From contig DUOG01000083.1 in NCBI GenBank assembly GCA_012838945.1, positions 16,072 through 80,071 on the forward strand: a stretch of DNA of 64,000 nt, read 5' to 3'. Each line of letters starts with the position of its first letter. The first letter of the stretch is position 1. The notes beneath the pieces were generated by a model. It searched no databases. It saw only the letters and a list, made by a program, of their open reading frames with translations, and had not been told where the DNA came from. The stretch is from Acholeplasmataceae bacterium (GTDB lineage: Bacteria > Bacillota_I > Bacilli_A > ML615J-28 > CAG-313). The position numbers and the translations under genes are program-made. Shown here one piece after another: positions 9,038 through 18,840 of this stretch.

Positions 9038-11665
9038 ATGAGCAAATTTGTTTATTTATTTAACGAAGGAAATGCAGGAATGCGTAATCTCCTTGGTGGT
9101 AAAGGTGCCAATTTAGCCGAAATGACCAGTTTGGGATTACCTGTACCTCAAGGATTTACTGTTACAACTGAGGCATGTACAAAGTATTACACTGATGGTA
9201 AAACTTTAACTGACGACGTTGTTAATCAAATTTTTGAGGGCATTACTAGCCTTGAAAACCTTTATGGTAAAAAGTTTGGCGACGCTGAAAATCCTTTGTT
9301 AGTATCTGTACGTAGTGGTGCTCGTGCATCAATGCCTGGGATGATGGACACCATTTTAAATCTTGGTTTAAATGATATTGCTGTTGAAGGCTTAGCTCGT
9401 TTAACCGATAACCCTAGATTTGCCTATGACTCATATCGTCGCTTTATTCAAATGTTTGCTGACGTAGTTATGGAAATTGACAAATCAAACTTCGAAGAAC
9501 TATTCGACGCTCAAAAAGAAAAGCGAGGAGTTAAAGAAGATACTGAATTAGACGCTGATGATCTAAAAATTATCGTCGCTCAATTTAAGAAAAAATATGC
9601 GGAATTAAAAGGCGAAGAATTCCCTCAAGATCCAAGAGAACAATTATTAGAAGCTGTAAAAGCTGTATTCCGTTCTTGGGACAACCCACGTGCTAACGTT
9701 TATCGTCGTTTAAACAACATTCCTTACGAATGGGGAACTGCAGTAAACGTTCAAGTGATGGTATTTGGTAACATGGGATTAGATTCAGGTACTGGTGTTG
9801 CATTCTCTCGTAACCCATCTAATGGAGAAAATGAATTATACGGAGAATATCTATTCAACGCTCAAGGTGAAGACGTTGTTGCTGGTATTAGAACACCAGA
9901 GCCTATCGCTAACTTGAAAAAAGTAAATCCTGCTATCTATGAAGAATTCGCGCAAATCGCTGAGAAACTTGAAAAACACTATCGCGATATGCAAGATATG
10001 GAATTCACCATTGAAAGAGGTAAATTATTTATTTTACAAACTCGTAATGGTAAGAGAACAGCTCAAGCTGCCTTACGTATTGCTATTGATTTAGTTAAAG
10101 AAGGCTTATTAACTGAAGAAGAAGCTATTCTAAAAGTTGAACCTAAATCACTAGACGCTTTATTACACCCTCAATTTGATGCAAAAGCAATTAAGAAAGC
10201 AACTCCAATTGCTAAAGGTCTTAATGCATCACCAGGTGCTGCAGCAGGTAAAGTTGTCTTTACAGCTGAAAGAGCAAAAGAACTTAGTGCTGATGGCTCT
10301 CCAGTAATCTTGGTTCGCCAAGAAACAAGTCCTGAAGATATTGAAGGAATGGTAGTAGCTAGAGGTATCGTTACTGCTCGCGGTGGTATGACAAGTCACG
10401 CAGCCGTTGTTGCTCGTGGTATGGGTACATGCTGTGTTGCTGGTTGTGGCGAACTTCACATTAATGAAGAACAACGTTTCTTCGAATGTAAAGGTAAGAG
10501 ATATAACGAAGGCGATTGGATTAGTATCGATGGCGGTACTGGATTCATCTATGGCGAAAAAATTGACACTGTAGAAGCTGACGTTAGTGGCGACTTTGCA
10601 ACTTTAATGGAATGGGCTGATAAATATCGTGCTCTAAGCATTCGTACAAATGCTGACAATCCAAAAGATGCAGAAACAGCTATCAGATTCGGTGCTGAAG
10701 GTATCGGATTATGCCGTACTGAACATATGTTCTTTGAATCAGATCGTATTTTCGCAATGCGTCAAATGATCGTTGCTAAGAACGTTGAAGAACGTCGCAA
10801 GGCTCTTGCTAAATTATTACCAATTCAACGTAAAGACTTTGAAGAAATCTATCGTGTTCTAAAAGGCTTGCCTGTTACTATTCGTTACTTAGACCCACCT
10901 CTACATGAATTCTTACCTCACACTAAAGAAGAAATTACTGAATTAGCTGAAGATTTAGGAATCACTTATGAAGAGTTAAAAGCAACTATTGATGAACTTC
11001 ATGAGTTCAACCCAATGCTTGGACACCGTGGATGCCGTCTTTCAGTAACTTATCCAGAGATTGCTGAAATGCAAACTCGTGCTGTTATTGAAGCAGCAAT
11101 TAACGTAACTAAAGAAGGTAATTTCACAGTTAAACCTGAAATTATGATTCCATTAGTTGGTGAAGTTAAAGAATTAGAATACATCAAAAAAATAGTTGAT
11201 GAAACTGCTAAGAAAGTAATGGAAGAACAAGGCCTAACATTAGAATATAAAGTTGGTACTATGATTGAAATTCCTCGTGCATGTTTAACAGCCGATGAAA
11301 TTGCTGAAAAAGCTGATTTCTTCAGTTTTGGTACTAACGACCTTACTCAAATGACTTTCGGATTCAGCCGTGATGACGCTGGTAAATTCTTAGAAGATTA
11401 CTATGACAAGAAAGTATTTGCAATGGATCCGTTTGCTCATGTTGACCGTAAAGGTGTTGGTCAATTAATGAAAACAGCGATCAAATTAGGTCGTTCAGTT
11501 AAACCTGACCTTAAATTAGGTATTTGTGGTGAGCATGGTGGAGATCCATACTCAATCGAATTCTGTCATGAAATTGGTTTAGATTACGTTTCTTGTTCAC
11601 CATTCCGCGTTCCAATTGCTCGTTTAGCAGCAGCACACGCTAATATCTTAAACAAGAGAAAATAA
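9038..11665 (+). CDS. ppdK: Pyruvate, phosphate dikinase
   Basis: 875 aa. PEP-utilizing enzyme phosphohistidine motif GGMTSHAAVVARGMG. C-terminal PEP/pyruvate-binding region (CRTEHMF, GICGE). Size typical of PPDK. Confidence 0.9.
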   Translation: MSKFVYLFNEGNAGMRNLLGGKGANLAEMTSLGLPVPQGFTVTTEACTKYYTDGKTLTDDVVNQIFEGITSLENLYGKKFGDAENPLLVSVRSGARASMPGMMDTILNLGLNDIAVEGLARLTDNPRFAYDSYRRFIQMFADVVMEIDKSNFEELFDAQKEKRGVKEDTELDADDLKIIVAQFKKKYAELKGEEFPQDPREQLLEAVKAVFRSWDNPRANVYRRLNNIPYEWGTAVNVQVMVFGNMGLDSGTGVAFSRNPSNGENELYGEYLFNAQGEDVVAGIRTPEPIANLKKVNPAIYEEFAQIAEKLEKHYRDMQDMEFTIERGKLFILQTRNGKRTAQAALRIAIDLVKEGLLTEEEAILKVEPKSLDALLHPQFDAKAIKKATPIAKGLNASPGAAAGKVVFTAERAKELSADGSPVILVRQETSPEDIEGMVVARGIVTARGGMTSHAAVVARGMGTCCVAGCGELHINEEQRFFECKGKRYNEGDWISIDGGTGFIYGEKIDTVEADVSGDFATLMEWADKYRALSIRTNADNPKDAETAIRFGAEGIGLCRTEHMFFESDRIFAMRQMIVAKNVEERRKALAKLLPIQRKDFEEIYRVLKGLPVTIRYLDPPLHEFLPHTKEEITELAEDLGITYEELKATIDELHEFNPMLGHRGCRLSVTYPEIAEMQTRAVIEAAINVTKEGNFTVKPEIMIPLVGEVKELEYIKKIVDETAKKVMEEQGLTLEYKVGTMIEIPRACLTADEIAEKADFFSFGTNDLTQMTFGFSRDDAGKFLEDYYDKKVFAMDPFAHVDRKGVGQLMKTAIKLGRSVKPDLKLGICGEHGGDPYSIEFCHEIGLDYVSCSPFRVPIARLAAAHANILNKRK

Positions 11666-11667
11666 GT

Positions 11668-11702
11668 GAAAAATCGCTAACGTCAAGTTAGCGATTTTAA
11701 TT
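11668..11702. terminator. Bidirectional Rho-independent terminator between convergent ppdK and GGDEF gene
   Basis: Perfect hairpin atcgctaacgtcaagttagcgat flanked by A run 5' and T run 3'. Confidence 0.8.
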
Positions 11703-11720
11703 TTAAGATTAATTTATTTT

Positions 11721-12884
11721 TTAAATAAACAAAGAGTTGTTTTTACCGATGCTCTTCACATTGTATAAAGCAGTATCAGCATCAACAATTAGTTTCTCGA
11801 ATGTACGATCATCATGTTCTTTGGTGACTGTACCACCAATACTAATGGTAACATTTGCTCCTGGTCTGAGTCCAGGATTTTTGATACCTAAATTATAGAC
11901 GGCTTGTCTTGCGTCTTCCGCAATCTCTCGAATTTCTGCTTCTGAAAGATTGAAGAATACAACCAGGAACTCTTCACCACCATAACGGAAGATATTATCC
12001 GTATATGGTGCAATAACTTCTTTAATAGTCTCAGAAATTTTTATGAGAGCTCGGTCACCTTCTATATGATTATAATAATCATTAAAGTCTTTAAAGTTAT
12101 CAATATCTATCATTAACACACCAACAGGTATATTATTTTTGATATTGTAGTTACATTTCTCAGATAAACTTTCTAAGAAATGACGATTATAATAACTGGT
12201 TAAACTATCAGTTATAGATTTTTTCTGGAGTTTACTATTTAAATTATAGAGTTCTTTATTTTCCTCCATAATATTTTTTCTCTCATAATAGTCTTTTTCT
12301 TTTTGGAAGTATAAGAAGAGGGAAGCCAAAATCGCAAATAAGGCAAAGACTGTAGGATTGAGATAATCATTTTCCAACGTAGTAAAACTCGAGAAAATAA
12401 TAGGTACTAAAATATATGTCAAGAAAGATAAGGCAATAGTAGTAATACTTACAACCGGTTTAAAGAGTGGGATTGTTCCAAAAATCAATAGACCGATCAT
12501 ATATGATATAACTATATTGGAAGGTGATGAATTAATAAAGGTAATAAAGACCGACCAAAACAAGATAATAGCATATGGTAAGAATGATAAAACTCTGAGG
12601 ATTCTACAAGTCAGTCTAAAATATTTTTTGATAATTGAATAAGAAGCGATAATTAGTACCAACGCAATCAAAAGAAATAGATATGCTATAATTAAATAAG
12701 TCGATTGTTTTGAGATATTAAAATCCATTAAAAAAGCATTTATTAGAAATCCAATTAAAAAAATTAAAGCAATTGCAATCCCAATCAGCGACAGTTTAAG
12801 ACCCCTACACAGGTTTATCATGGTATTTTCTTTATGAAAATCCGTATAATCGACTTGCTTTTTGGGAGTTTGGGCTTGGTACAA
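11721..12884 (-). CDS. Membrane-anchored diguanylate cyclase (multi-TM sensor plus GGDEF domain)
   Basis: 387 aa. About six predicted TM helices N-terminal. C-terminal GGDEF domain with RYGGEEF active-site motif. Confidence 0.8.
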   Translation of the reverse strand: MYQAQTPKKQVDYTDFHKENTMINLCRGLKLSLIGIAIALIFLIGFLINAFLMDFNISKQSTYLIIAYLFLLIALVLIIASYSIIKKYFRLTCRILRVLSFLPYAIILFWSVFITFINSSPSNIVISYMIGLLIFGTIPLFKPVVSITTIALSFLTYILVPIIFSSFTTLENDYLNPTVFALFAILASLFLYFQKEKDYYERKNIMEENKELYNLNSKLQKKSITDSLTSYYNRHFLESLSEKCNYNIKNNIPVGVLMIDIDNFKDFNDYYNHIEGDRALIKISETIKEVIAPYTDNIFRYGGEEFLVVFFNLSEAEIREIAEDARQAVYNLGIKNPGLRPGANVTISIGGTVTKEHDDRTFEKLIVDADTALYNVKSIGKNNSLFI

Positions 12885-13099
12885 AGAATCACCTCCCTTT
12901 TTAAATTATTAGTGCTTTAATCATTATAGCACTTGATAAAGTCTTTTTCTACAAAAACGTTAATAATTTGTAAATAATTGTTAATCATTTTCAGAAACAT
13001 CACAAAATAAATATCAAGTATTTTATAGGAATTTTAAGGTATAATAATTTTTAAGCAGGCAGTACAAAAAAATCTGGTAAAATAAGAAAATAATATTTT

Positions 13100-13235
13100 T
13101 TATTGCTTGCTTTTTATTATCAATTGATGTATAATATGTATGTTGCAAAAGTCGAGGCAACCGCTCAGAACAGGTTTAAAGTATCTTATGATCACCTTGA
13201 TGGCGTGTCTTAGTTTATATGAGGAGGTGCAAACG
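13100..13235 (+). promoter_or_regulatory. Promoter and 5' leader of rplU-prp-rpmA operon (possible L21 leader)
   Basis: -35 ttgctt / -10 tataat (13130-13135), then a ~95-nt untranslated leader with hairpin potential before the SD gaggagg. The six-frame ORF starting at 13140 is leader, not coding. Confidence 0.45.
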
Positions 13236-13535
13236 ATGTACGCAATTTTCGAAACTGGCGGTAAACAATATCGAGTTGAAGTTGGTCAAACACTTTATAT
13301 TGAAAAACTCGATAAAGAAGTTGGCGAAAAGGTTGTTTTTGACCGTGTCCTACTTGTTGGTGATACTGTAGGTAGTCCTTTTGTTGAAGGTGCTAGCGTT
13401 GAGGCTGTTGTTGACAAACAAGGTAAACAAAAGAAAATTATTGTTTATAAATACAAGCCTAAGAAAAGCTACCACAAAAAACAAGGTCACCGTCAACCGT
13501 ATACAAAGGTTACAGTAACCGCTATTAATCAATAA
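13236..13535 (+). CDS. rplU: 50S ribosomal protein L21
   Basis: True start [18 protein letters not shown] at 13236 with strong SD gaggagg. Classic bL21 N-terminus. Followed by prp and rpmA. Confidence 0.93.
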   Translation: MYAIFETGGKQYRVEVGQTLYIEKLDKEVGEKVVFDRVLLVGDTVGSPFVEGASVEAVVDKQGKQKKIIVYKYKPKKSYHKKQGHRQPYTKVTVTAINQ

Positions 13536-13843
13536 TGATAAAAGCAAAATTCACTAAAACCGATGATCATTTTACTAATCTTGAAATAAGTGGTCATGCT
13601 GAGTATGCTGAATACGGCAAGGATATTGTCTGTAGCGCAGTGACTGCGGCATTTTCTACAACAATTAATTTAATTGATCGTATAGGTTTTAGATATCAGT
13701 TACAACAAAATGATGGTTATATCAATCTTAATGTTGCTGCAACCGACAAGATGATTGATCTAATCTTAGAAAATCTTTTCGATGTTTTAAAATCAATCGA
13801 AGAAGATTATCCCAAAAATGTGAAAGTTATTCTCAAAAAATAG
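13535..13843 (+). CDS. prp: Ribosomal-processing cysteine protease Prp
   Basis: 102 aa between rplU and rpmA. Conserved catalytic region [16 protein letters not shown] (DUF464/Prp). Confidence 0.85.
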   Translation: MIKAKFTKTDDHFTNLEISGHAEYAEYGKDIVCSAVTAAFSTTINLIDRIGFRYQLQQNDGYINLNVAATDKMIDLILENLFDVLKSIEEDYPKNVKVILKK

Positions 13844-13854
13844 GAGGTGGCGTA

Positions 13855-14136
13855 ATGCTAAAATTTAATTTGCAATTTTTTGCATCTAAAAAAGGTGTCG
13901 GTTCTACTAGAAACGGCCGTGATTCAATTGGTCGAAGATTAGGTGCTAAATTAGCTGATGGTCAATTTGCCACTACTGGTTCTATTATTTATCGTCAAAG
14001 AGGAACTAAAGTTCATCCTGGAAACAATGTTGGTATTGGTTCAGATGATACATTATTTGCTCTTATCGACGGTATTGTTAAATATGAACGTAAAGGTAAA
14101 AGCAAAACTCAAGCTTCAGTATATCCAGTTGAATAA
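13855..14136 (+). CDS. rpmA: 50S ribosomal protein L27 with cleavable N-terminal extension
   Basis: [24 protein letters not shown]. The N-terminal 9 residues match the Prp cleavage motif seen in Firmicutes bL27. Confidence 0.93.
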   Translation: MLKFNLQFFASKKGVGSTRNGRDSIGRRLGAKLADGQFATTGSIIYRQRGTKVHPGNNVGIGSDDTLFALIDGIVKYERKGKSKTQASVYPVE

Positions 14137-14273
14137 TACCGTGATGCATTAAAGCACTTGATTTAAGGTTTTTTATCCTTGATAGAGTGCTTTTTATAAT
14201 ATTTAATGCATAATAGTAGATAATATAAATATCTAAATGGTATTATTTAGAATGATAAAAGGTGGTAATCAAT

Positions 14274-15548
14274 ATGTTTATTGATAGTGTAAAAATATAT
14301 GTAAAAGCCGGCAAGGGCGGCGATGGAATCGTTGCCTTTCGTCGAGAAAAATACGTTCCTAAAGGTGGACCTGCTGGTGGTAATGGCGGTCGTGGTGGAA
14401 GTGTTATCTTTGTTGGTGACAGCAATTTAACAACTTTATTAGATTTACATTACCGAAAACACATCATCGCTGGTGATGGTCAAAATGGAATGAGCAAAAA
14501 TAAATTTGGTCGAGATGGTGAAGATATTATTATCAAAGTTCCCCTAGGTACAACTGTTACTGATTTGGATCGTGGGGTAGTAATCGCTGATGTCACAACT
14601 GATGGACAACAAATTGTCATTGCTAGTGGTGGCAAGGGTGGAAAAGGAAATGCAGCATTTGCAACCCCGAGGGTTCCTGCACCTTATATCTTTGAAAAAG
14701 GTGATCCAGGTGAAGAGTTTAACTTAAAGTTAGACTTGAAAGTTTTAGCTGATGTTGGCTTAGTCGGCTTTCCAAGTGTCGGTAAGTCAACACTGATATC
14801 GGTGATTTCTGAAGCTAAACCTAAAATCGCCGATTATCCGTTCACTACTTTAAAACCAAATTTAGGCGTTGTTCAAGCACCCGATGGACGCAGTTTTGTG
14901 GTAGCGGATTTACCAGGATTAATTGAAGGAGCTCATTTAGGGGCTGGTTTAGGTATAGAATTCTTAAAGCATATTGAAAGAACCCGAGTCATCGTTCATA
15001 TCGTTGATATGGGGTCCCTTGATGGTCGTGATCCATATCAAGACTACTTAACCATTAATAAGGAATTAGAAAGTTATGATATGGAGTTATTAGAACGACC
15101 ACAAATTATTGTCGCTAATAAGATGGACTTACCAGAATCTGAAGAAAATCTAAAAAGATTTAAAGAATTAGTAAAAGAAGAAGTTATTCCAATCTCTGCA
15201 GCAACCAAAGAAAATATTTCAACATTGTTGTATAAGATAGCCGATACGCTTGATGAAGTACGAGCTCAAGAGCCTAAATTAAAAATCAATGAACAACCGG
15301 TGGAATATACTTATCAAGAACCAGAAGCTGATTTTACTATCGCTCGTGATGAAGATGGAGTCTTCAATGTCACTGGACCGACTATTAAAAAGTTATTTGA
15401 TCGAACCGATTTCAATTTTGAAGAAAATGCAAAACTGTTTGCCAGACGCATCCGCAACCTAGGAGTTGACGCAAAACTCAGAGAGTTAGGAGTTAAAACT
15501 GGCGATATTGTTCGCATTTTCGATTATGAATTCGAGTTCATTGAATAA
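14274..15548 (+). CDS. obg: GTPase Obg
   Basis: Start MFIDSVKIYVKAGKGGDG at 14274 with SD aaaggtgg. Gly-rich Obg fold, G domain (GFPSVGKST), C-terminal OCT domain. Confidence 0.92.
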   Translation: MFIDSVKIYVKAGKGGDGIVAFRREKYVPKGGPAGGNGGRGGSVIFVGDSNLTTLLDLHYRKHIIAGDGQNGMSKNKFGRDGEDIIIKVPLGTTVTDLDRGVVIADVTTDGQQIVIASGGKGGKGNAAFATPRVPAPYIFEKGDPGEEFNLKLDLKVLADVGLVGFPSVGKSTLISVISEAKPKIADYPFTTLKPNLGVVQAPDGRSFVVADLPGLIEGAHLGAGLGIEFLKHIERTRVIVHIVDMGSLDGRDPYQDYLTINKELESYDMELLERPQIIVANKMDLPESEENLKRFKELVKEEVIPISAATKENISTLLYKIADTLDEVRAQEPKLKINEQPVEYTYQEPEADFTIARDEDGVFNVTGPTIKKLFDRTDFNFEENAKLFARRIRNLGVDAKLRELGVKTGDIVRIFDYEFEFIE

Positions 15549-15584
15549 AATATAAAAAATTTAAAATAAGGAGATTTTATTCTT

Positions 15585-16181
15585 GTGAGAAGAAAAGATA
15601 CTCAAAAAGTTGCATTAACAGGTATTCTAATTGCTTTAATTGCAATTATGACATTTATTCCATTCATAGGCTACATTAATATAGGTTTTGTTACCTTAAC
15701 TACCATTTTTGTACCTGTGATTATCGGTATTATCTATTTAAAAGATATTCGTTATTCGTTAGTGTTGGGCTTAGCCTTCGGGTTTTTAAGTTTCTTAAAA
15801 GCATTAGTTAAACCCGAAACATTACTCGACCCATTTTTCGTTAATCCATTAGTCTCAATTGTTCCAAGAATATTGATGGCTGTGGTTGGTCATTATGTTT
15901 ATGTTGCATTTTCACGCCAAAGCAATAAATGGCTAACCTATAGTGTAACTGCCCTTTTAACTACTGTGGCCAATACTGTTTTTGTCCTTGGATCGCTATT
16001 GTTATTCTATTTTAACGATATTAATACTATTGCTGTTGAAAATGAATTTGCATCAAGTGCATGGTCTTATATCTTACTGATAATTACCACAGGATCAATT
16101 TTTGAATTTATTAGTTCAGTTGTTCTGACAATCATTGTAATGAGAGCAACCGACTACTTTATTGAACGATATGAACACTAA
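15585..16181 (+). CDS. ECF-transporter substrate-specific (S) component, substrate unknown
   Basis: 198 aa, 5-6 TM. N-terminus KVALTGILIALIAIMTFIPFIG is typical of ECF S components. No riboswitch in the short upstream spacer. Confidence 0.5.
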   Translation: MRRKDTQKVALTGILIALIAIMTFIPFIGYINIGFVTLTTIFVPVIIGIIYLKDIRYSLVLGLAFGFLSFLKALVKPETLLDPFFVNPLVSIVPRILMAVVGHYVYVAFSRQSNKWLTYSVTALLTTVANTVFVLGSLLLFYFNDINTIAVENEFASSAWSYILLIITTGSIFEFISSVVLTIIVMRATDYFIERYEH

Positions 16182-16287
16182 TATAAGAGGTTTCTAAAGA
16201 ACTAAGTTCTTTGGAAATCTCTTTTTTTGTCTTAAAAATTCTTCATTCTTTGATAAAATATGATATAATAATTTCTAGGTGAAGAAT

Positions 16288-18840
16288 ATGTATCAAAAAA
16301 TTGATAAAAGCAAATACACGCCAATGATGCGTCAATACTTAACGATTAAAGAAGACTATCCTGACACTCTCGTTTTTTTTCGCTTAGGCGACTTTTATGA
16401 GATGTTTTTTAATGATGCCATTGTCGCTAGCCGCGAATTAGAAATTGTCTTAACAGGTAGGGATGCCGGCACAGAAGAACGAGTTCCTATGTGTGGAGTG
16501 CCTTTTCATAGTGTTGATTCATACATTGATCGTTTGACTGAAAAAGGATATAAAGTAGCGATTGTGGAACAACTAGAAGAACCAAGTAATAAAAAGATTG
16601 TATTACGAGATGTCGTGCGAGTTATCACTCCTGGTACCGTCGTTGACGAAAAAGCTCTCGGAGAAAAGGATATTGTATATTTAGCAAGCCTTGAAAAAGA
16701 TAGTTTCGGATACAGTTTATCTTATGTTGATTTATCAACCGGATTAACATATGCTACTAGTTTTCCTTTAAATGAAGAACTGGTGATTAATGAGGTAATC
16801 AAACTTCAAATTAAAGAAATTGTTGTTTCTTCAAGCTTTGATTTACTTAAATTCACTATTCTTAAAAATAACTATGGAGTTTTATTCTCCGTATGTGATG
16901 AAACAAAGATTGACCCTTATCTTAGCGTCTTGATTAATAAACTACCAGCGCTTGAATTTTCAAGTGCTCAGAGACTACTTGCATATGTTGTTAAAACACA
17001 AAAACGGGTATTGATCCACCTTCAAAAATTCAATCACTATGATAGTAGTGATTATCTAAAGATGGATTTAAATTGTGTCCGTAATCTTGAATTGATTGAA
17101 TCAATTCGCAGTAAAAACAAGAAGAATAGCTTATTCTATGTCTTAGACCAATGCGTAACCGCAATGGGATCGCGATACTTGAAAAAGAGTATCTTATATC
17201 CGTTGTTTGATCAAGAAAAGATTATTAATCGACAAATAGTTATTAAGAGTTTAATTAATTCTTATCTGATAGCCAATAATTTAATAGAAGCGTTAGCTAG
17301 TGTTTACGACTTAGAGCGGATTATTGGTCGGATAAGTTATGGTAATTTAAGTCCCAAGGACTTATTGATGTTAAAGAAATCTTTAAGTGTTTTACCAATT
17401 ATTAAAGAAAATCTTTTTACTTTAGATAACGATGTTTGTCGTCATTACGCTAATCAAATATCTGATTTTAGTGAGCTGACCTTTTTATTAGAACAAAGTA
17501 TTAGAGAAGATGCCCCATATTATATTCGTGATGGTGGCATTATAAAAAGTGGCTACAATAAAGAATTTGATGAATTAAAAAATATTAGTTCTAAAAACAA
17601 AGAATTTTTAGTAAACTTAGAAATCCGTGAACGAGAACGTACTGGTATTAAAAACTTAAAAGTTGGTTACAACAAAGTCTTTGGATACTTCATTGAAGTT
17701 ACCAAATCAAATATTCCACTGATAAAAAAAGAATTTGGCTACATTAGAAAACAAACTCTAAGTAATGCCGAACGTTATATAACCGAAGAATTAAAAGAAC
17801 GTGAAGTTTTAATTTTAAGAGCAGATGAAAAAGCTCTTGAATTAGAACAATCATTATTCAATGAAATTAGAGACATTTGTAAAGGCTATACAAGTGAACT
17901 CCAAAAGACGGCTTTAATCATTAGTGAACTTGATATGCTACTAGCTCTTAGTATTGTAGCAAAAAAGAATAATTTTGTCTGCCCTACTTTTGGTGATTCG
18001 GTAGATGTTATTGATGGTTGGCACCCAGTACTAGCTCATTTTAGTAAAGAACCAGTCATTCCTAATGATTTAAAGATGACCGATGATGATCAAATAATCG
18101 TCATTACCGGTCCGAACATGAGTGGAAAAAGTACTTATATGCGTCAAAATGCTTTACTGGTTATTATGGCTCAAATGGGATCTTTTGTTCCTGCCGTCAG
18201 TTGCACCCTTCCAATCTTTGATCAAATATTTACTAGGATTGGATCAAGTGATGATATCACGAGTGGTGAATCAACTTTTATGGTTGAAATGCTAGAAGTT
18301 AATTTTGCATTAAAGAACGCCACTGAAAATAGTCTAATTTTACTTGATGAAGTTGGCAGAGGAACTGCCACCTTTGATGGAATGGCTTTAGCTCAAGCAA
18401 TTCTTGAATATATTCACAACCATACTAAAGCCAAAACCTTATTTTCAACCCATTATCATGAATTAACTATTTTGGAGGATGACTTGAAAGGTCTCAAGAA
18501 CGTTCACGTGGATGCTCGTAGCGAAAATGACACAATAATCTTTTTCCATAAAGTATTACCAGGCCCAAGTGATGAAAGTTATGGTATTAATGTTGCGAAA
18601 CTTGCTGAGTTACCTGATCAAATCATTCATCGCGCCAATGATATTCTTATTAAGATTGAACAACAAAATGGCTATGAGAAAAAGGTTTTATCACCATCTA
18701 CTTATCAAGAACCGAAAATTATCAAAGAGGTTCCGGAAAATGTTAAAGTGGTAATTGATGCTTTAAATGAACTTGATGTTGATAATCTCAAACCACTGGA
18801 TGCGCTAATGTTTTTAGCTAAAATAAAGGAGAAATTATAG
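16288..18840 (+). CDS. mutS: DNA mismatch repair protein MutS
   Basis: About 850 aa. Walker A GPNMSGKST. Start likely ATG 16288 after SD aggtga. Adjacent to mutL. Confidence 0.93.
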   Translation: MYQKIDKSKYTPMMRQYLTIKEDYPDTLVFFRLGDFYEMFFNDAIVASRELEIVLTGRDAGTEERVPMCGVPFHSVDSYIDRLTEKGYKVAIVEQLEEPSNKKIVLRDVVRVITPGTVVDEKALGEKDIVYLASLEKDSFGYSLSYVDLSTGLTYATSFPLNEELVINEVIKLQIKEIVVSSSFDLLKFTILKNNYGVLFSVCDETKIDPYLSVLINKLPALEFSSAQRLLAYVVKTQKRVLIHLQKFNHYDSSDYLKMDLNCVRNLELIESIRSKNKKNSLFYVLDQCVTAMGSRYLKKSILYPLFDQEKIINRQIVIKSLINSYLIANNLIEALASVYDLERIIGRISYGNLSPKDLLMLKKSLSVLPIIKENLFTLDNDVCRHYANQISDFSELTFLLEQSIREDAPYYIRDGGIIKSGYNKEFDELKNISSKNKEFLVNLEIRERERTGIKNLKVGYNKVFGYFIEVTKSNIPLIKKEFGYIRKQTLSNAERYITEELKEREVLILRADEKALELEQSLFNEIRDICKGYTSELQKTALIISELDMLLALSIVAKKNNFVCPTFGDSVDVIDGWHPVLAHFSKEPVIPNDLKMTDDDQIIVITGPNMSGKSTYMRQNALLVIMAQMGSFVPAVSCTLPIFDQIFTRIGSSDDITSGESTFMVEMLEVNFALKNATENSLILLDEVGRGTATFDGMALAQAILEYIHNHTKAKTLFSTHYHELTILEDDLKGLKNVHVDARSENDTIIFFHKVLPGPSDESYGINVAKLAELPDQIIHRANDILIKIEQQNGYEKKVLSPSTYQEPKIIKEVPENVKVVIDALNELDVDNLKPLDALMFLAKIKEKL

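Noticed and set aside
13140-13235. N-terminal 32-aa extension of the rplU ORF in the six-frame track
   Set aside because: There is a strong SD (gaggagg) and the canonical L21 N-terminus MYAIFETGG at 13236. The upstream ATG lies in the leader right after the -10 box with no SD.
14137-14273. Small gene (spo0B remnant) in the rpmA-obg spacer
   Set aside because: No ORF with SD there. The spacer contains only hairpins, a terminator-like element and the obg SD.
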